Below, piece by piece: positions 1-10,866 of a stretch of DNA of 64,000 nt; position 1 is the first letter of the stretch, and each line of letters begins with the position of its first letter. The position numbers were made by a program, and so were the translations under genes. The notes beneath the pieces are model-generated. The model worked only from the letters and a program-made list of their open reading frames with translations, was not told where the DNA came from and searched no databases. The DNA comes from Cyanobacteria bacterium J06626_4 (GTDB taxonomy: Bacteria; Cyanobacteriota; Cyanobacteriia; Phormidesmidales; Phormidesmidaceae). Location: assembly GCA_038523235.1 (NCBI GenBank), contig JBCBJQ010000005.1, positions 70,749 through 134,748 on the forward strand. Direction: 5' to 3'.

Positions 1-3000
1 GAGTCTTCATCCGTGGCATCCAGCACAGCCGCCGTAATCGAGAGGAGCTCGCCTTCGGTCACCTTAAATTCATTAGTGAGGATCGTCGGTGCATCGTTGG
101 CCGCGGTAACGGTGCCCGTGCCAGTTGCCTCGGTGGACGCGCCCTCATCATCCTCGACTTTGATGTTGAAGCTGGGAGCGGTTTCGGTGCCATCGTTCTG
201 AAAGAACACGTCACTGGCGTTAACCTGGGCCTGGGTAAAGGTCGTGCTCACCACACCCTCAACCAAAAAGTCACCACCGACGATATCCTTCACCGTAAAG
301 ATGAGGCTGCTATCAAGGTCATCGGCATCAGTGGCCTTGATGATCGTTTCGTCAATCTCGACCAAACCACTCTCAGGGACGTTAAAGGTCGCTAGCGTAT
401 CAAACACGGGCGCGTCATTCACCGCTTCAAAGCCAATGACATTGCCCGCTTCGGTAAATATGTTGCCAGTGCCGTCTTCAACCTTGATGTCAAAGACGGG
501 TTCCACTTCACCGTCATACAAGAAGGTGACCCGATTCAACAAAATGTCTTGGCGCGTAAAGGTCGTGTTGGCGGTGCCATCGACCAAAAAGCTACCTGCG
601 TCGGTACCGCTGACGGTGAAGGTGATTTGAGCGCTGTCGGTCGTCTCGTCATCAGTGGCATTAAGCACCGTGCTATCGACAAGTAGCGAGGTGCCTTCTT
701 TGACATCAAAGTTGTTGACCGTAATCTCAGGGTTATCGTCAGTGGTGACAACCGTGCCGGTACCGATCGCCACCGTTGAGGCGCCCTCATCATCGCTGAC
801 CGTGATCTTGTAGCTGGGATTAATGTCGTCACCAGTGTTCTTAAAGAAAACGGCACCGGCGTCTACCTGGGCTTGGGTAAAGGTGGTTGCGACCTGACCT
901 TCAACCAAAAAGTCCCCTCCAACGACATCGGCAACCTCAAACGTCAGGCTGCTATCGTCATCATCAGCGTCGGTGGCATCCAAGATCGTGTTGTCGATCG
1001 GTGTCAGATCGTTTTCGTTCACCGTAAAGGGGGCGAGCGTTGCAAACACCGGGGTGTCATTGGTGGGAGTGAAACTGATGACATTACCCGCTTCTGTAAA
1101 TTCGCCGCCAGTGCCATCTTCAACCTTGATGTCAAAGACCGGGTCGACTTCGCCTTCATACAAGAAGGTCACCCGGCCAGCAAAGATGTCTTGCCGAGTA
1201 AAGGTCGTGCTGGCCACGCCATCGAGCAAAAAGCTACCCGCATCGGTACCGCTGACGGTGAAGGTGATTTGAGCGCTATCGGTCGTTTCGTCATCCGTTG
1301 CGTTGAGCACCGTGCTATCGACGTTCAGCACTTGCCCTTCAACGACTGTGAAGGTGTTAACCGTAATCTCAGGGTCATCGTCGATCGCCGTAACGGTGCC
1401 GGTGCCGGTGGCCTCCGCGAACGCGCCCTCATCATCTTCTACCTTGATGTTGAAACTAGGGTCAGTCTCGCTGCCGTCGTTTCTAAAGGTCACCAGGCCG
1501 TTGTTGATGTCTTGCTGGGTAAAACTGGAGGTCTCGCTGCCGCTGAGAATAAAGTCGCCGCCCTCTACATCGCTGACGGTAAAGAGCAGGGTGGCGTTGT
1601 CATCATCTTCGTCGGTGGCACTTAGCACACTGCTGTTGATCGGCGCTTCAGCCCCTTCGGCGACAGTAAAGGTACCGACGGTGAGCACCGGGGCATCGTT
1701 AACCTTCAAGAAGCTAGTGATAGTCCCAGGTACTACCGTTGCCAGCGGTTCGCTATCTTCGACAGTGATGGTAAAAGAGGGCGTCACCTCACTGCCATAG
1801 AGGAAGGTGACCTTACCATCAATAATGTCTTGGCGGCTAAAGGTGTTATCGGGGGTGCCATCCACTAGGAAGCTGCCAGCCGCAGCACCGGTGATGGTGA
1901 AGTTGATGTTGTTGTCGTCGGTTTCTTCGACATCGATCGCATTTAACACGCTGAGATCAATGTCCAGCGGCGTGTCTTCAACAATGTTGAAGTTGTTGAC
2001 AATGACCTGCGGCGCGTCGTTTGCCCCCGTGACCGTGACGTTATACACCAGATCTTGAAACCCGCCGTCGCCGTCAGTCACCTGCAGCGTAAAGGTGTCA
2101 GTGCCTTCAAAGTTGAGGTTGGGGGTATAGGTAAACGACTGCTCGCCATTGGCCGCACTGGTCGTGGCAGTCACAGTGCCGTTAGTCGGCGCTGCTGTGA
2201 CATCCCAGGTGAGCACATCTTCAATGCCGACATCGGTCGCTTTGACCGTAAAGTCTTCAGCGGTGTCTTCAGTCAGCGCCAGCGTGGCCGGAGACGCGGC
2301 CGGGTCAACCAGGGTGGGATCGACGTTGAGGACTGCGATCGCCTGTTTGGTCACGATTGCTTGACCGGCGGCATCAGCTGCCGTCACCGTCACCGTGTAG
2401 GAGCCGGTGCCTTCATCGACATAGGTATGAGTGAGGCCATCAAACGAGATTTTAGTTGCCGTCACGTCGGTGGCAGCACCGCCCAACGTCAGGTCAGTAT
2501 CTTTAAAGGTTTCGACGGTACCATCGCCCCAATCCACCGTTAGGGTGTGGGTATCGTCAAAAAAGGCGTCGGTAGAGTTATCGACATCGTCAAAGCTGCC
2601 CGCCAGCGTCACGGCGCTACCCTCGTTGAGAGAGGTGACATCGGGCGTGATGATGAGGTTGGTGGGGTCGTCGTTGACTGCCAATACGCCGACGGTCACA
2701 TTCGCTGTAGTGACGCCGCCATTTTGGTCATCAACCTGCACCACAAACTGATCGAGACCGTTGAAATCAGCATTGGGCGTGTAGGTAACTGACTGAGTGG
2801 CCCCAGTATCGGTCGTCGAAACGCTGGCCGTACCGTTGGCACCATTAGTCAAAATCGACCAGGCAAAAGTCGTATCGGCTGGATCGGTGGCGGTAAAGAT
2901 GAGAGTACCGGTGTCATCTTCCTGGACAGTCAGCGAAGTGCTGCCAGGCGATAGGGTCGGGGCAATGTTGCTAACGGTAATGCTTTGAGAGGTGCTGGTA

Positions 3001-5144
3001 ATTTCGCCAAAGCTGTCTTGCACACTGACCGAAATCGTCGGTGTGCCATCGGCTAAGTACTGATGGTCAGTACTGAATGAATAGGTGTTGGTAGAGCCGT
3101 CAAAGAGCAGATCGCCATCGCTGAGCGTGTCAGTAGAGCCATCGCCCCAGTTAATCGTGAGGGTAAATGAATCGCCCGCATCAGGATCGATAAAGCTACC
3201 CGTCAGCGTGACCGTTTCGCCTTCGTTAATCGTGTCTGATGAGGGCGTGATGGTCAGGTTAGTAGGGGCATCTGGCTGAGCAGTCACGGTAACGTTGACG
3301 TCGATCGTGTCAAACCCACCGTCGTCATCGCCGACTTGAATTTGAAAGGTATCCGTGCCGCTAAAGTCGGCATCGGGCGTGTAGGTAAAGGTTTGGTTGG
3401 CCGCGGCGGGATTGGTCGGCGGGGTAACTGTACCGTTGCTGGGGGTGCCGACGCTCCAGTTCAAGACATCCGCTGAGGAAGCGTCAGTAGCCGTGAGGAA
3501 AAAGCTGTCGGCGTTGTCTTCGTTGATAGTAAGCGTGATCGGGCCGTCGGGCACAATTACTGGTGCCACGTTGCCGACCGCGATTGACCGCGTTTCGGGT
3601 GGGGCAGTCAGCCCAGCGCCGTCTTCGAGTGTGACACTGACATTAAAGGGCGCGCCCCCGACATTGTTGTCAACATAGATATGAGTGGCGGTAAATGATT
3701 TGTTGCCGTTAGCGTCGATATTGACTAAAACGTCATTTCCCAAAATGCTGGGTGCGGTGCCATCACCCCAGTCAATCGTGAGCGTTTGCGTGTCACCCTG
3801 ATCGGGATCAAAGATTTGGCCGGTCACGGTCACCGGGGTGCCCTCAGAGGCCGCAGCTGGGACGTTTAGACTGACGATCGCCGGCGCTTCGTTGACATCG
3901 GTGACCTGCACAAAAACGGTTTCGGTATCGCTAAAGCCCGCCCCATCTTTAGCCGTAATCTCCAGCTGATAGTTGTTATTGCCCCCTTCAAAGTTCAAAT
4001 CACCGGGGTCGTTGACGGTGAGTTCGCCCGTGGTCGCATTGATGGCAAACGCGCGCACGCTATCGCCATCGTTATCGGGGTTACCACTGGTGATCGACCA
4101 GTTGGTGACCGTGCCAGCCGCATTGACCACCCCATCCACACCGTCAGACAACGGCGTCGTGGCAGCACTGTTTTCGGCAATGGCAAAGAGCTGTACCGGA
4201 TCAATCACCGGGGGCGTATTGAGCGTGATGGTGATGCCGTCTGCGGTAGTCGTCTGCACGGTGCCTACACCGTCGACGGCAAAGAAGTAGGTAGTACCAT
4301 TGCTGGCGTTGAAGTTGACGCTGCTGGTGGTGTTACCCGGAGCCGCATCATCGTTGCGGGCAATTAGGGTCAACCCAGCGACGGTGGTGCCGGTATAGAC
4401 GGCCAAAACCGTATTGATATCGCTGCCGGCGGTGTTAACGTTCACCTGGCCATCGACGTTGGCAGTCCAACTCCACCAGAGCGAATTATTGATGCTTTCT
4501 TGCAGCTCGAGTGGCAGCCCCGCAACGGTGGGGTCGTGAATCGGCTCCCCAGCTTCCGACGTTGCGGCACTGTTGTCACCGGTCAAGGAGTTATTGGGGA
4601 TGATGGGCGTGGCCCCGGCAAAACTATCTGACGCCAACACGCCTGGGTAGGCGGCCTGGGCAGCAGCGGTCAGCAGCTCACGCTGAGGCACTTCGCCCAA
4701 ACGAGTTTCGAGCATCCACTGACCACCGGGGCTGATCGCCCCCAAGCGATGCGCAGAGGCGGCAATATTGGCCCCGGTCAGCGCGCGTAGCGCTGCCAAA
4801 AATTCTGCACCGGCATCGCCTGCAGCGACCTGACAGCCATACAGATAGATGTTTGCTAGCTGGCTTTGGGTAGCCCACTGACTCAATTGAGCGCGATAAG
4901 TGGGGAGGGTAGCTAGACCGAGTTGGCCATGACCGAGGGCCAATTCGCCGGGAGCCCCGTGGGCCACGATATAGACATCTGTAACGTGGGGACGCGACGC
5001 GAGGGCAGCGGTCATTTGCGCCACGCCATCGACAGCAGGAGACAAAATCAGGGCTTCGACATTCCCAGCCAAACCGGCCACCACCTGAGCAGGAGCATCG
5101 ATACCGGCATCCACAAAGACAATGGATTGAGTTTTATTCGCCAT
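1..5144 (-). CDS. Giant secreted/surface protein, 5' part only (runs off the window): N-terminal DUF4347 followed by cadherin/PKD/Ig-like repeats
   Basis: Manual translation from ATG 5144 (alternative 5153) gives MANKTQSIVFVDAGID...VYIVAHGAPG...NIYLYGCQVAAG, the DUF4347 pattern. The same frame at the window edge reads ITAAVLDATDED. Many DWGDG / VNDAP-type motifs occur. Absent from the ORF track, presumably because there is no stop in the window. Confidence 0.9.
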   Translation of the reverse strand, partial: MANKTQSIVFVDAGIDAPAQVVAGLAGNVEALILSPAVDGVAQMTAALASRPHVTDVYIVAHGAPGELALGHGQLGLATLPTYRAQLSQWATQSQLANIYLYGCQVAAGDAGAEFLAALRALTGANIAASAHRLGAISPGGQWMLETRLGEVPQRELLTAAAQAAYPGVLASDSFAGATPIIPNNSLTGDNSAATSEAGEPIHDPTVAGLPLELQESINNSLWWSWTANVDGQVNVNTAGSDINTVLAVYTGTTVAGLTLIARNDDAAPGNTTSSVNFNASNGTTYFFAVDGVGTVQTTTADGITITLNTPPVIDPVQLFAIAENSAATTPLSDGVDGVVNAAGTVTNWSITSGNPDNDGDSVRAFAINATTGELTVNDPGDLNFEGGNNNYQLEITAKDGAGFSDTETVFVQVTDVNEAPAIVSLNVPAAASEGTPVTVTGQIFDPDQGDTQTLTIDWGDGTAPSILGNDVLVNIDANGNKSFTATHIYVDNNVGGAPFNVSVTLEDGAGLTAPPETRSIAVGNVAPVIVPDGPITLTINEDNADSFFLTATDASSADVLNWSVGTPSNGTVTPPTNPAAANQTFTYTPDADFSGTDTFQIQVGDDDGGFDTIDVNVTVTAQPDAPTNLTITPSSDTINEGETVTLTGSFIDPDAGDSFTLTINWGDGSTDTLSDGDLLFDGSTNTYSFSTDHQYLADGTPTISVSVQDSFGEITSTSQSITVSNIAPTLSPGSTSLTVQEDDTGTLIFTATDPADTTFAWSILTNGANGTASVSTTDTGATQSVTYTPNADFNGLDQFVVQVDDQNGGVTTANVTVGVLAVNDDPTNLIITPDVTSLNEGSAVTLAGSFDDVDNSTDAFFDDTHTLTVDWGDGTVETFKDTDLTLGGAATDVTATKISFDGLTHTYVDEGTGSYTVTVTAADAAGQAIVTKQAIAVLNVDPTLVDPAASPATLALTEDTAEDFTVKATDVGIEDVLTWDVTAAPTNGTVTATTSAANGEQSFTYTPNLNFEGTDTFTLQVTDGDGGFQDLVYNVTVTGANDAPQVIVNNFNIVEDTPLDIDLSVLNAIDVEETDDNNINFTITGAAAGSFLVDGTPDNTFSRQDIIDGKVTFLYGSEVTPSFTITVEDSEPLATVVPGTITSFLKVNDAPVLTVGTFTVAEGAEAPINSSVLSATDEDDDNATLLFTVSDVEGGDFILSGSETSSFTQQDINNGLVTFRNDGSETDPSFNIKVEDDEGAFAEATGTGTVTAIDDDPEITVNTFTVVEGQVLNVDSTVLNATDDETTDSAQITFTVSGTDAGSFLLDGVASTTFTRQDIFAGRVTFLYEGEVDPVFDIKVEDGTGGEFTEAGNVISFTPTNDTPVFATLAPFTVNENDLTPIDNTILDATDADDDDSSLTFEVADVVGGDFLVEGQVATTFTQAQVDAGAVFFKNTGDDINPSYKITVSDDEGASTVAIGTGTVVTTDDNPEITVNNFDVKEGTSLLVDSTVLNATDDETTDSAQITFTVSGTDAGSFLVDGTANTTFTRQDILLNRVTFLYDGEVEPVFDIKVEDGTGNIFTEAGNVIGFEAVNDAPVFDTLATFNVPESGLVEIDETIIKATDADDLDSSLIFTVKDIVGGDFLVEGVVSTTFTQAQVNASDVFFQNDGTETAPSFNIKVEDDEGASTEATGTGTVTAANDAPTILTNEFKVTEGELLSITAAVLDATDED
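220..1500 (-). repeat. Intragenic tandem duplication, 642-nt period (214 aa), in the giant protein
   Basis: ACCGTAATCTCAGGGT at 718 and 1360; GTCGGT/ATCGGTACCGCTGACGGTGAAGGTGATTTGAGCGCT near 600 and 1242. Boundaries approximate. Confidence 0.85.
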
Positions 5145-6713
5145 GATTCGCATTCCCCAAAAATCTCCACACTGCATTCAAGTTCACCATTACCAACGAG
5201 CACCGTCTCCTTCTTATGGCGGTCAAGACGCTGCCCAAAGTCTATAAGAGGTTTCCCGAAATATCACCGAAAAAACACTAGCTTTCGGCATCTTTCCGAC
5301 AAAAAAATCTCTTTTCTACTGATATAAATCCGCCGTTCTTACGCTCACCATTTTGCCCAGATGCCCGTCACCGCAATCATAAAATCGGGGCTTAAGCATC
5401 GACCAAAAACTTCTAATTCATCGATACTGCACCGTCACAAGACATCACAGAGACATTTTTAGGAGGCCAACTCAGCTCATTGGGCCTTCACAATTGGCAT
5501 CGCGGGTCAGTCAATCAGGCTGATCACCATGCGACTGCTTGCGCATTGCCGCGATCGCGCTTGTCACAAAGGTTTACGGCGATTGTAGTCGTCACTCTAA
5601 ACCCGAATCTTCCCCTTACTCGTGATGTGTTTAGCGTTTGTGCCCGCTAGACGAAAATAATGATACCCACGATGTCATTTAAAACACGCACTTCAACCAG
5701 CTTTTTCTCGAAAAATCCCAGTCTTAGCGAGTGAGCCAAGTCGATTCAGCGGCCTTTTTACACTAATCAATCGAGAAATACGGAGACAATCAGGAGGGCT
5801 CTTTTACCAAAACGGCCACTACGATAGACGAACTGGAACATAATCCCGGAATTTTTTAATAAACTGTTACAAGCCGATCTCTGATGAATCTCGCTGTTGT
5901 TTTCAAGTCAGCACAAAAAACTCCCAAGATCGCACCAATATTCAGCAAAATTCACCAAAAATCTTGGATTTGAAGGTCGGGCTGCTCCCTGTGATCGGGC
6001 GCGATGCTCTGGTGTAGAGAGTCGAACTTGCCTCCGCCATGATCGGGAGTAATGGCGCCGGGCTAACGATTGCGCGATGTATCATTCTTGTCAGTTCGGT
6101 TAATCTTGAAAACCGATTGATTCATCGCCCATAATGGCCACTGAGACTCAGTCTGGCATTCAGCAGAGATTCATTAATTGTTGACAGGTTAATGATAGAA
6201 AACCCGCTCGGTCATGGGTCGTGTTAAATGCTAGAGCTGAGAGCCAAGTGGCTACACAGTCTGCTCCGGAGCAGGCTGGCGACCACTGTAGCCGCCCTCG
6301 ATCACCGGAGCTTGACGCTGCCCAGCCCTGGCCAAATCTTGTTTGCACCTTGAACCCGGCACCTTTGTACCCTCTGCTATAGGTTGTGACCTCATCAAAC
6401 TGCGGCTGGTCATCGCTCGCGACGTTCGTTTGAGGTGGCGACATGAGCGTTTTAGCGGTTGTCGAGCGCGCGCGCCGCTGTGTGCCAATTCCTTGTCAGT
6501 GGGCATCCGTCTAAAACCGGCTGTAACCCAGCCACTGCAGTGTTTTTGATAAAAACCGCTTGGGGTGAGTCCCAGACTATTGGCAGCAACTGGGCTTTTG
6601 AGCCGTGATTGTGGCGGCGGCTCAGGAGTTTGATTGACTTAACGTACCAGTGAGACAGTCAGCCGATCGCTCATCAAAAAAATTCAGTAAAGCGGTTGCG
6701 GCCACTGATCGGC

Positions 6714-6760
6714 CAGTCCCTCGTTGGGCCAGTGGCGATCGCTGGCCCAACGAGGGACTG
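6714..6760. repeat. Perfect 19-bp inverted repeat with a 9-nt loop (terminator-like or REP-like)
   Basis: CAGTCCCTCGTTGGGCCAG - TGGCGATCG - CTGGCCCAACGAGGGACTG. Confidence 0.7.
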
Positions 6761-7220
6761 CCGGTCTGGTAAATAACGCGGAGTAATGCCCTTTAGAGCC
6801 CGTTGCCCACCTTGAGAAGGGTGTAGGGTCTTGGGAGTAACACTGCTGGAGGTTCGGGGAGGCTGGTTGTCTGGTGATGCAAGACCAGTCTTGGAGACGG
6901 ACAACCCGGCCAGCCGAGCTGACTCGTTGTTCTTCAGTGAAAATAAGCTGCTGCTGACCCTGCTGACCTGCTCTGAATAAGTCGGAAGGAGTCATTATTG
7001 GTCCGATGTGTTGGCAGTAGCGTCCACATCAAAGCCTTGCAGAGTCATGTGGACAGCGATGCCTAACGGCACCCTACAGCATCGCTTATTTGTGCCTACC
7101 TGCTTATACCGCTGGCTACTTTGCTCCGCTCACCCAGGAGCACTCTGAATCCTCAGCGCATCAGCAAAGTGGCTCCGCCGTCTGCTCCTAACCAGACTGG
7201 TGACGACGATGCCAGCAGCA

Positions 7221-7415
7221 CTAAAACCGCGATCGCATCTTTCTCTTGCGCTGTCGATGCATCGCGAGTTCCTTGCGCTTGCGTTTTTCGATGGGGGTTT
7301 CAAAGTGACGATGCTTTTTCATATCGGGAAAAATGCCTGCCTGCGACACCTTACGTTTGAAACGTCGCAGCACCGATTCCATCCCTTCGCCTTCTCCAGG
7401 AATGATCTGAGCCAT
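7221..7415 (-). CDS. rpsU: 30S ribosomal protein S21
   Basis: [41 protein letters not shown]; start moved to ATG 7415; lies downstream of rbp. Confidence 0.95.
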   Translation of the reverse strand: MAQIIPGEGEGMESVLRRFKRKVSQAGIFPDMKKHRHFETPIEKRKRKELAMHRQRKRKMRSRF

Positions 7416-7541
7416 TGTTTTACTCCATAACTTTGAGCGGTTCAGCGATCGTCCCAAGACTGAGTCAAGCCCTGAACCGCACACCTGGCTGTTAGCGTTT
7501 TACGGGGTGCCGCCGGCCACGCTCAGGGCACCCTTTGAGAC

Positions 7542-7835
7542 TTAATACCGGCGCGAACCGCCGCCTCGGTTGCCGCCGCCTGGCCCCCGGTTTTCTCGGG
7601 GTTTGGCCTTGTTGACCTTTAAATCGCGCCCCATCCATTCGGCGCCGTCAAGGGCTTCGATCGCGGCTGACTCTTCGGCATCGGAGTCCATTTCAATAAA
7701 GGCAAAGCCTCGCATGCGACCTGTTTCACGATCCTTCGGCAAATGCACACTCTTTACCGTGCCATATTCCGAAAAGGTTTGCGTGACATCATCTTGAGTC
7801 ACATCGTAGGAAAGGTTGCCAGCGTAAATAGTCAT
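7542..7835 (-). CDS. rbpA: RRM RNA-binding protein with Gly-rich tail (cold-inducible Rbp type)
   Basis: RNP2 IYAGNL, RNP1 RGFAFIEM, C-terminal GGGNRGGG; rbp-rpsU gene order. Confidence 0.9.
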   Translation of the reverse strand: MTIYAGNLSYDVTQDDVTQTFSEYGTVKSVHLPKDRETGRMRGFAFIEMDSDAEESAAIEALDGAEWMGRDLKVNKAKPRENRGPGGGNRGGGSRRY

Positions 7836-7841
7836 GAACAG

Positions 7842-7912
7842 TCTCCAAAATCAAAAGGCGTCGAAGAGTTAGATTCGGAGAAACGTTGTTAAGACGATTT
7901 ATACAGCCGAAA
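7842..7912 (-). promoter_or_regulatory. rbp 5'-UTR regulatory boxes (Box I / RBS pairing)
   Basis: Minus strand: TTCGGCTG (Box III-like), then TCTCCGAA (Box I, 7874-7881), then TTTGGAGA (RBS, 7842-7849). Box I is complementary to the RBS, as described for cold-regulated cyanobacterial rbp genes. Confidence 0.65.
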
Positions 7913-8113
7913 GTAAATCCTCCTAGGACGCTAGCACAGGATGAACCGTCTGCGGCGAATTGTTGAGATATGCATTCTGTCAGATCTGTTGCGTCAAGGG
8001 CTCCTGTTGATAACCCTGAATCCCGCTGATATCAATCAATTTGGTCACGTCTCCAGAATTTCTACCGGGGGCACCTAGTCCCGTCAGCAGTAGACTGCAG
8101 ACATTCTGTCGGC

Positions 8114-10771
8114 TCAATCAGTGGGTGGAGAATCTTCTAACGAATTGGGCATCGGCAGGGTTTTGTCGTTGAGGGAATTGTGCTGCATCAGAATCACAGT
8201 CGAGGTGCTGTGATAAGCCACCTCTAGGGGAATGTTGCCTTTGATTACATGGCTCAAGAGCCCTTCGCGACTGGCGCCCATGACGATGACGTCATTCAAT
8301 TGATGCTGCGCCAGTTGAATGATCGCCTCAGATACATTGTCGCCCACGGTTAATTGAGTTTTGACTGGCGTCTGCAATCGCCGTTCTAACACTGCCGCGC
8401 GACGCACCAGCTGGCGGTGCAGGTGATGCTGATCGGCTTTTTTAGAGGCGATCGCACAGAGGTCAATTTGCGGCTTGTGATCCAGGGTAATCAGGGCGGG
8501 CAGCAACCGCATGGCCAGTTTGGAGTTGGGACCACCGGCTGACGGCAAGAGCCAGCGCCGCAGCCGGTCGGACCGCCCCGGTTTGACGACAATCACTGGA
8601 CAAGGCGCCTGACGCAGTAACGTATCGACGACATTGCCCATCACCCGGCCCGGTGTGAGGGAGGGGCGCTTCCAGCCCAGCAAAATCTGATCGATGTGCC
8701 GCTTTTTGACCACCTCTAGCAGGGTTGGGGCCACGTCGTGGGCCACGCGAATTTGCGTATGCAGCGGCACTTTGGTCCCTTGCAATGCCTGTTGTGCCAA
8801 ACTCAGCAATTGCTGACTCGGGGCCGTATTGACGGGCGCTTCTTCGGGGGATAGCGATCGCGGCACGAGAATCACATGCAGGCATTCCAGCTCGTATTGC
8901 TCTTGGCGGGCGATCGCGATCGCCAGATTGAGCAGCAGCGGTGCCGTCTCCGGATCGCTTAAGGGTACCAACAGCCGCCCGCGTCCAACGGCGGGTGAGC
9001 GCGCGCGATAAATGCCGCAAGAGGGCGTGGCCACCGGCCCCTCGGTCGTGTTTTTGCCGCTGAGCCGTTCTGACTCGGCGCGAATAATATCGCCGCGAGT
9101 GATGATGCCGACCAGCTTATTGCCATCCGTCACTGGCAGCCGACTCACCTTTAACCGATTGAGCAGATCCAGCACCTGAGGCAAAGACGATTCCGGGATG
9201 ACGGTGACCGGGTGCGGCGTCATGATGTCTCGCACAAGCTGGTCGTTGGACACGTCAGTTTGAGTAGTGTCACCCAAGTCAGTTTGGGTGACAATGCCCA
9301 CCAGCTTGCCCTGATGCAACACCGGAAAGCCGCGATGATGCGATCGCGAAAAGGCCTCTAACGCCTGACGGAGGGTGAGCGTTGCCGCCAACGTTTCGAC
9401 CCGCCGCTGCATCAGATCTGCCGCCGTCAGCCCCGCCCACGGATTCACATCTGACGGGGTGGGATTCAGCTGAATGCCCTGAAAGGCCAGTAGGCGATCG
9501 TAGATAGGCACTCCGGCAATCCGCTCGCTGAACAAATAAGCCAAGCCGGAGCCCACCATCAGCGGCAGCACTAGATTGAAATTGGCCGTCATCTCAAACA
9601 CGATGACAATCGCGGTAATCGGACCCCGCGTGACAGCGCTAAAAAACGCGCCCATGCCCGTCAACGCATAGGTCGTGGTATTGCTACTTTCTAATGTCCC
9701 AACGGGGAGCCCCATCCAGGCGTGGCCGGTCTGGGCGACAAAACTCACCAGGCACCCTAGCGCCGACCCCAACACCAGCGCCGGAGCAAACAGCCCCCCA
9801 GAGGCGCCGGAGCCGTAGGCCAGCAGGGTCAGGCAAAACTTGGCCACAAACGCGGCGGTGATGATCTGCCAGGCGGCACCCCCCGTCACTAAAAACTCGC
9901 GCAGGCCCGTATTATCTTGCGCGGCGATCGGCAGCGCCGCCCCCACCAGCCCAGTCAGACACCCAGCCAGCCCAATTTTGAGCGGCAGGCTCAGGGAGGT
10001 CAGGCGCTGAAAAAAGCTCAGGCTGGAAAAAATGCCCTGGCTAAACAGGCCGCCCAAGATGCCCGCCATCACCCCCAGCAGCACTAAAAAGGGCAGGTCT
10101 TGCACCGAGAACCCGGTCTGCATCATGCCGAAGCTGTTGAGGTTGAGCCCCTGGCCCCCCAGTAGCCGAGACACCACAGCCCCCACAAAGGAGGCTAAAA
10201 TCGCCGTCCCTAAGGTCAGGTTAGAGAAATCCTGCAGCAGTTCTTCGACCACAAACAACACGCCCGCAATCGGTGCGTTGAAACCCGCTGCCAGACCCGC
10301 CGCGGCCCCAGCGGCGATCAGCTGGCGACGATATTCGGGTGAGGTGGGCACCCACTGGCTGAGTTGAGCGGCCAACGCCGCCCCGATTTGCACCGTGGGG
10401 CCTTGTCGCCCTAACGACAGCCCCGACCCTAGCGCCAAGATGGTGCTAAACAATTTGGTCAGGGCCACGCGCAGATTAAGCGGCACGTCATGATAGGCCA
10501 AAGCGGCTTTGACTTTTGGGATACCGCTACCCACGGCCTCCGGCGATACGCGCTCCAACAGCCACCCCGACGCCACGCCCCCCAATAAGCCCACGGTCGG
10601 CAACAAAAACCAAGCGGGCAGGGCGCTGTTGAGTCGCCAGTCGGTTAGCACTTCTACGCTTTGTTTCAGGGCCACTGCTGCTAAGCCCGAAACCACACCG
10701 ATGATGCAGGCTTCTAAAAAGGCAACCCGCTTTGGACCAAAAAATTTGTGCAAGCGCCGGAAGCGCAGCAT
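8114..10771 (-). CDS. ClC chloride channel/antiporter with CBS pair and USP domains
   Basis: GSGIP, GRQGP, GLFAP motifs; CBS repeats; C-terminal USP-like segments. Confidence 0.92.
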   Translation of the reverse strand: MLRFRRLHKFFGPKRVAFLEACIIGVVSGLAAVALKQSVEVLTDWRLNSALPAWFLLPTVGLLGGVASGWLLERVSPEAVGSGIPKVKAALAYHDVPLNLRVALTKLFSTILALGSGLSLGRQGPTVQIGAALAAQLSQWVPTSPEYRRQLIAAGAAAGLAAGFNAPIAGVLFVVEELLQDFSNLTLGTAILASFVGAVVSRLLGGQGLNLNSFGMMQTGFSVQDLPFLVLLGVMAGILGGLFSQGIFSSLSFFQRLTSLSLPLKIGLAGCLTGLVGAALPIAAQDNTGLREFLVTGGAAWQIITAAFVAKFCLTLLAYGSGASGGLFAPALVLGSALGCLVSFVAQTGHAWMGLPVGTLESSNTTTYALTGMGAFFSAVTRGPITAIVIVFEMTANFNLVLPLMVGSGLAYLFSERIAGVPIYDRLLAFQGIQLNPTPSDVNPWAGLTAADLMQRRVETLAATLTLRQALEAFSRSHHRGFPVLHQGKLVGIVTQTDLGDTTQTDVSNDQLVRDIMTPHPVTVIPESSLPQVLDLLNRLKVSRLPVTDGNKLVGIITRGDIIRAESERLSGKNTTEGPVATPSCGIYRARSPAVGRGRLLVPLSDPETAPLLLNLAIAIARQEQYELECLHVILVPRSLSPEEAPVNTAPSQQLLSLAQQALQGTKVPLHTQIRVAHDVAPTLLEVVKKRHIDQILLGWKRPSLTPGRVMGNVVDTLLRQAPCPVIVVKPGRSDRLRRWLLPSAGGPNSKLAMRLLPALITLDHKPQIDLCAIASKKADQHHLHRQLVRRAAVLERRLQTPVKTQLTVGDNVSEAIIQLAQHQLNDVIVMGASREGLLSHVIKGNIPLEVAYHSTSTVILMQHNSLNDKTLPMPNSLEDSPPTD

Positions 10772-10866
10772 GTTTAGACGTCACTAAACAACATCGAAAA
10801 GCGACTGCCGCGTGGGTCTCGAGGACGGCGCCGAGAGCCATCCGCGCGGCGGCTAAGGTCGCCTGG

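Noticed and set aside
13..4878. Numerous short ORFs on both strands in the ORF track
   Set aside because: They are antisense or off-frame shadows of the single giant minus-strand gene.
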